The notes under the pieces were generated by a model, which searched no databases, was not told where the DNA came from, and saw only the letters and a list, made by a program, of their open reading frames with translations. A program made the position numbers and the translations under genes. Of a DNA stretch of 64,000 nucleotides, positions 61,100 to 64,000 are shown in pieces; position 1 is the stretch's first letter; each line of letters starts with the position of its first letter. Source of the DNA: a virus (lineage: Duplodnaviria; Heunggongvirae; Uroviricota; Caudoviricetes); the IMG/VR virus record IMGVR_UViG_3300029543_000205, positions 5,606 to 69,605 of that record. The stretch is one strand, 5' to 3'.

Positions 61100-61630
61100 T
61101 TAATAAAGATTCCACAAAAGCAGTTCTTCGTTTTCTGCCGGGTCGCACTTTTCTTTCCATTCCAGTTTTCTCACTACATCCCATGTTTTCATGCAGATAT
61201 TGGATAAGTCGTACCGGTCGTACACCCTCTTGTCGATAAACAGACGCATATCCAAGTCCTCATCATAGAGATTGAAGCTCATGTATTTCAGATTGCGAAT
61301 ATCTTCATCTGTGGCTTCTGCATGGACTGTTACTGTGATACCGTCCAAGTGTTTCAAAATTACCGGATGATCGTCCATTGTCAGGCAAGCCGTATAAAGA
61401 TAAATTTTCTGTCTCTTATTCTGCTTTTTGAGCATTTTAATGACTGTGTAAAGCTGTGCCGGATTTATCATAGGTTCTCCACCGGTAATCACAACTTTCT
61501 CATAATCCTTTAACGTTGTGATACCGCCAATCACTTTCGCCAATGATGTGTAATCCAATTTGCTGTTGCAGCACCCCGGACACTTCCGGTCGCACTTTGA
61601 TGTGATAATTACTCTCGCTGTCTTTTTCAT
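61100..61630 (-). CDS. radical SAM protein (NrdG/QueE-like small activase)
   Basis: CDRKCPGC CX3CX2C cluster motif and VITGGEP SAM-binding motif. Confidence 0.55.
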   Translation of the reverse strand: MKKTARVIITSKCDRKCPGCCNSKLDYTSLAKVIGGITTLKDYEKVVITGGEPMINPAQLYTVIKMLKKQNKRQKIYLYTACLTMDDHPVILKHLDGITVTVHAEATDEDIRNLKYMSFNLYDEDLDMRLFIDKRVYDRYDLSNICMKTWDVVRKLEWKEKCDPAENEELLLWNLY

Positions 61631-61638
61631 CTTTCCTC

Positions 61639-62235
61639 CTATCTCTGAGCCAAAAGTTCCTCATAAAGTCTCTTGTAGACATCTCTTTCTGCCGTAATCT
61701 TCGCAATTTCCAACTGCGTCTCCACATCCGGCAGAACGGTTTCTTTTACCACAACCGGCTCAGGTTCTTTCTTCTCAGGCTTCTCAACTTCATTTGCAGC
61801 TTCCGCCCATTTCTTTACCAGTTCATTTCCTTTGATGTTGGTTCCAATGCCAATGCTTACTGCAAGTGCCGCATCTATGCGTTTCATTTCAGCCATAGAG
61901 CACTGCCCTATGTAATCCCCAACCTTATCCTTATTCACGGTATCAATCTGTTCACAGAGCACCGTGGACGGATATTTTGAGCTGTTGATTTTAACGTGTG
62001 TCGGCAAGGGTTTCTTCTCCTGGGTTGTAAGATACACAATCTCCAGTATGGGACCGGCATTATTGCCAATATCATTGCTGATGATTACCGCCGGTCTACC
62101 CCCCCCCTGAACATTTCCGCTATATTCGTTATCATTGCGGATATAGAAGATTTCGCCTCTGTAATACTCTTTATTCATGGTTTCCTCCTTAATCCATGCC
62201 GTCATATAAACTCTCTGACGCATAAACCTGTTCAT
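61639..62235 (-). CDS. MazF/PemK-fold protein with C-terminal coiled-coil extension (probable start MNKEYYRG ~62178)
   Basis: GEIFYIRNDNEYSGNVQGGGRPAVIISNDIGNNAGPILEIVYLTT...STVLCEQIDTV matches MazF/PemK core; in-frame G9 tract encodes GGG. Confidence 0.5.
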   Translation of the reverse strand: MNRFMRQRVYMTAWIKEETMNKEYYRGEIFYIRNDNEYSGNVQGGGRPAVIISNDIGNNAGPILEIVYLTTQEKKPLPTHVKINSSKYPSTVLCEQIDTVNKDKVGDYIGQCSMAEMKRIDAALAVSIGIGTNIKGNELVKKWAEAANEVEKPEKKEPEPVVVKETVLPDVETQLEIAKITAERDVYKRLYEELLAQR

Positions 62236-62417
62236 CTGTGAGTTCTCTCAACGCTTCAACAATTCTGAGTTTTGTTTCCCTACAAGGGAAATATCCATAC
62301 TTTGCATATCTCAACATTCTCTCGAATGTACTCATTGGGTACGGTATGTTGTTATCTGTCACAAGTCTTTTCAGATGCAAATGTTCAAAAAACTTATCAT
62401 CCATAAGGATTCTGTAC

Positions 62418-62978
62418 TCAATGTGTGTTTCCGGCTTTTCCTCCCCCTGTATCAAACGGATCATCTATCTCTGAAATTCCATCCTCAATCTCGGCTTTGT
62501 AATAGGCGAACTTCGTAACGGTAAAATCAAAGTTGTCAAGTATCTCCTTTGGTGTTCCGAATATCTTGCAACACAGTTCCACTATAATCCCGGTTTCCAT
62601 GTGCTTATACGCTTTCACATTGTCATTTTCATAATGGAAGTAGTATTTTTCATCTCTCTTATCATCGCCCTCATATCCGGGTGTCTGGCTGTCAAAATAC
62701 TGTACGGCATCGTCAAAATCACTTGCCTTTTCAAAGAAAATGTCTAAGTCCTTTACGTTTTCCTTGTTGAAGATATTTTTGAAACATCCTCCGCAGATAA
62801 ATCCTTTATGTCCTGCCATGTACTCATCAAGCCAATTCAGCATCCAGAAGTTATCTCTGTCTCTTTCTACTAACACATTCCTATACCTCACTTTCCTGTG
62901 GCATTTCAAAAATTCCAAGCGGCTGATCCGCCACATAGTCACATACCAAATCTCTTGGATTTTCGTCTCCCCGTTCAA
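62418..62978 (-). CDS. hypothetical protein
   Basis: 186-aa ORF. Confidence 0.3.
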   Translation of the reverse strand: MNGETKIQEIWYVTMWRISRLEFLKCHRKVRYRNVLVERDRDNFWMLNWLDEYMAGHKGFICGGCFKNIFNKENVKDLDIFFEKASDFDDAVQYFDSQTPGYEGDDKRDEKYYFHYENDNVKAYKHMETGIIVELCCKIFGTPKEILDNFDFTVTKFAYYKAEIEDGISEIDDPFDTGGGKAGNTH

Positions 62979-63172
62979 ACATTAAATTCATGGTGTAACA
63001 ATCCAGAAGCATTGAAATCGCCATTCTGCATTTTTCTTTGGTTGAATATCTTCCAATCACAATATTCTGTTCTTCTACGAGGGCAGTAACTTTGTACCGC
63101 CCATCATATTTGTCAGTGGTTTCGTATTCTGTAACCTTGTCGTTGTTCAGAACTACCGCTCCATCCTGAGAC

Positions 63173-63481
63173 TTAACAAACATTGTTCCTTGCCTCTCTT
63201 TCCGTAATTCTTCCCATCTGGCGGTCGATCTTGAAATCAATACGCTCATTGACCTCTTCCACGCAGTTGAAAATAATTCCAAGCTGTGTGAACATAATCT
63301 GCACGTCTGCGATTTCATCAATAACCGCATCTCTCAAATCGGAATCCTTTGCGTTGCTCCGGCGGAATTTCAGAATGGCTTTGATGAGTTCCGAACACTC
63401 TTCGATCGCCATATCTTCCTGTTTATCCGAACCGTAGGTTTCCACGATTGTATTGAGGTCTCTTAGCTGTTTCTGTGTCAT
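63173..63481 (-). CDS. MazG-like NTP pyrophosphohydrolase domain protein
   Basis: IEECSELIKAILK...IDEIADVQIMFTQL EExxE and DExxD motifs. Confidence 0.5.
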   Translation of the reverse strand: MTQKQLRDLNTIVETYGSDKQEDMAIEECSELIKAILKFRRSNAKDSDLRDAVIDEIADVQIMFTQLGIIFNCVEEVNERIDFKIDRQMGRITEREARNNVC

Positions 63482-63490
63482 ATCTGCCTC

Positions 63491-64000
63491 CTAATATCTG
63501 ATATTCAGATTTCCATGTTCATTGATCCAATCAATAATTTCTTTGAAACCAAGTCCTCCATCGTCCCAAGGTTTCATAATGTATTCGTACTGTTTCGGAT
63601 GTGTTATCTTCATCTTTTCAAAACGTCCGGGAGACTTTTCCAAATGGCATCCATATCCGCAAAACATACATCCGGTGCGTTCACACCCGGTAGTTTTGAG
63701 TAGCGGTCTGCCAAAATCAAATATGCCCAAGTCTGTCACATCTGCCAGGGTCATTTGACCGTGTTCCTCATCCTCCGTCACAACTTCTCCGTAAACGGAA
63801 CATATCGGTCTGCCAATCTCTGCGGATTCCATCGTTGCTCCTGTCTCTCTCGAAACGTATCTGTTGCCATATTTCATGTACTCATCGCTTTGTTCTGCCC
63901 TCCGGCGAACCATATCGTCTCCGTACAATCTGATGTATGTAAGCACATCCTGTTCCGTCCAGAATGACATTGGATTGCTTATCGGAGATTTCATATCAAA
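63491..64000 (-). CDS. PAPS-reductase-like (DUF3440-type) protein, C-terminal part; gene probably continues beyond window end
   Basis: CERTGCMFCGYGCH Cys cluster typical of phage PAPS reductase-like C-terminal domain; ORF reaches window edge. Confidence 0.4.
   Translation of the reverse strand, partial: FDMKSPISNPMSFWTEQDVLTYIRLYGDDMVRRRAEQSDEYMKYGNRYVSRETGATMESAEIGRPICSVYGEVVTEDEEHGQMTLADVTDLGIFDFGRPLLKTTGCERTGCMFCGYGCHLEKSPGRFEKMKITHPKQYEYIMKPWDDGGLGFKEIIDWINEHGNLNIRY

Noticed and set aside
1-64000. CRISPR arrays
   Set aside because: No short direct repeats with regular unique spacers were seen on either strand.

Overview
This 64-kb window reads as one large tailed-phage or prophage genome segment with several accessory modules. 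Left end (1-2554, minus strand) is a complete-looking diversity-generating retroelement (DGR). It has a reverse transcriptase that runs off the window start, a 128-bp template repeat (TR), an avd-like gene, and a 128-bp variable repeat (VR) at the 3' end of an FGE-sulfatase/C-type-lectin-fold target gene. All 13 TR/VR mismatches fall at TR adenines. Upstream on the minus strand (2.5-20.6 kb) is a siphovirus-type structural operon: tail fibre and tail proteins, a 1561-aa tape measure with internal tandem repeats, a G/GT chaperone with a -1 slippery site, major tail, HK97-gp10-like, connectors, major capsid, scaffold, MuF-like protein and portal. Between portal (20.6 kb) and large terminase (33.3-34.9 kb) sits a ~12.7-kb accessory insertion. 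It carries about 18 minus-strand tRNA or tRNA-like genes, including four abnormally long (100-121 nt) tRNA-like genes in tandem. It also carries a TerY-P-like triad (vWA, PP2C phosphatase, Ser/Thr kinase), an isochorismatase-family hydrolase, a second vWA protein, HU and an SPFH/Band7 protein. From 34.9-44.3 kb (minus strand) are early and accessory genes: LemA, a DEDDh exonuclease, a MazG-like protein, zinc-ribbon proteins, a small-terminase candidate and an HTH regulator with palindromic operators. From 45.1-53.4 kb is a compositionally distinct plus-strand block: an FtsK/SpoIIIE-like ATPase, a short tyrosine recombinase followed by a 30-bp inverted-repeat pair flanking ~200 bp (candidate invertible switch), RtcB RNA ligase and a lipoprotein. 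From 53.4-64 kb (minus strand) is a DNA/RNA-modification cluster: Gp37/Gp68, a HAD phosphatase, three N6/N4 DNA methyltransferases (two split by poly-G tracts, likely phase-variable), an HNH endonuclease, a radical-SAM protein, a MazF-like protein, a MazG-like protein and a PAPS-reductase-like gene that runs off the window end. No CRISPR array was seen.
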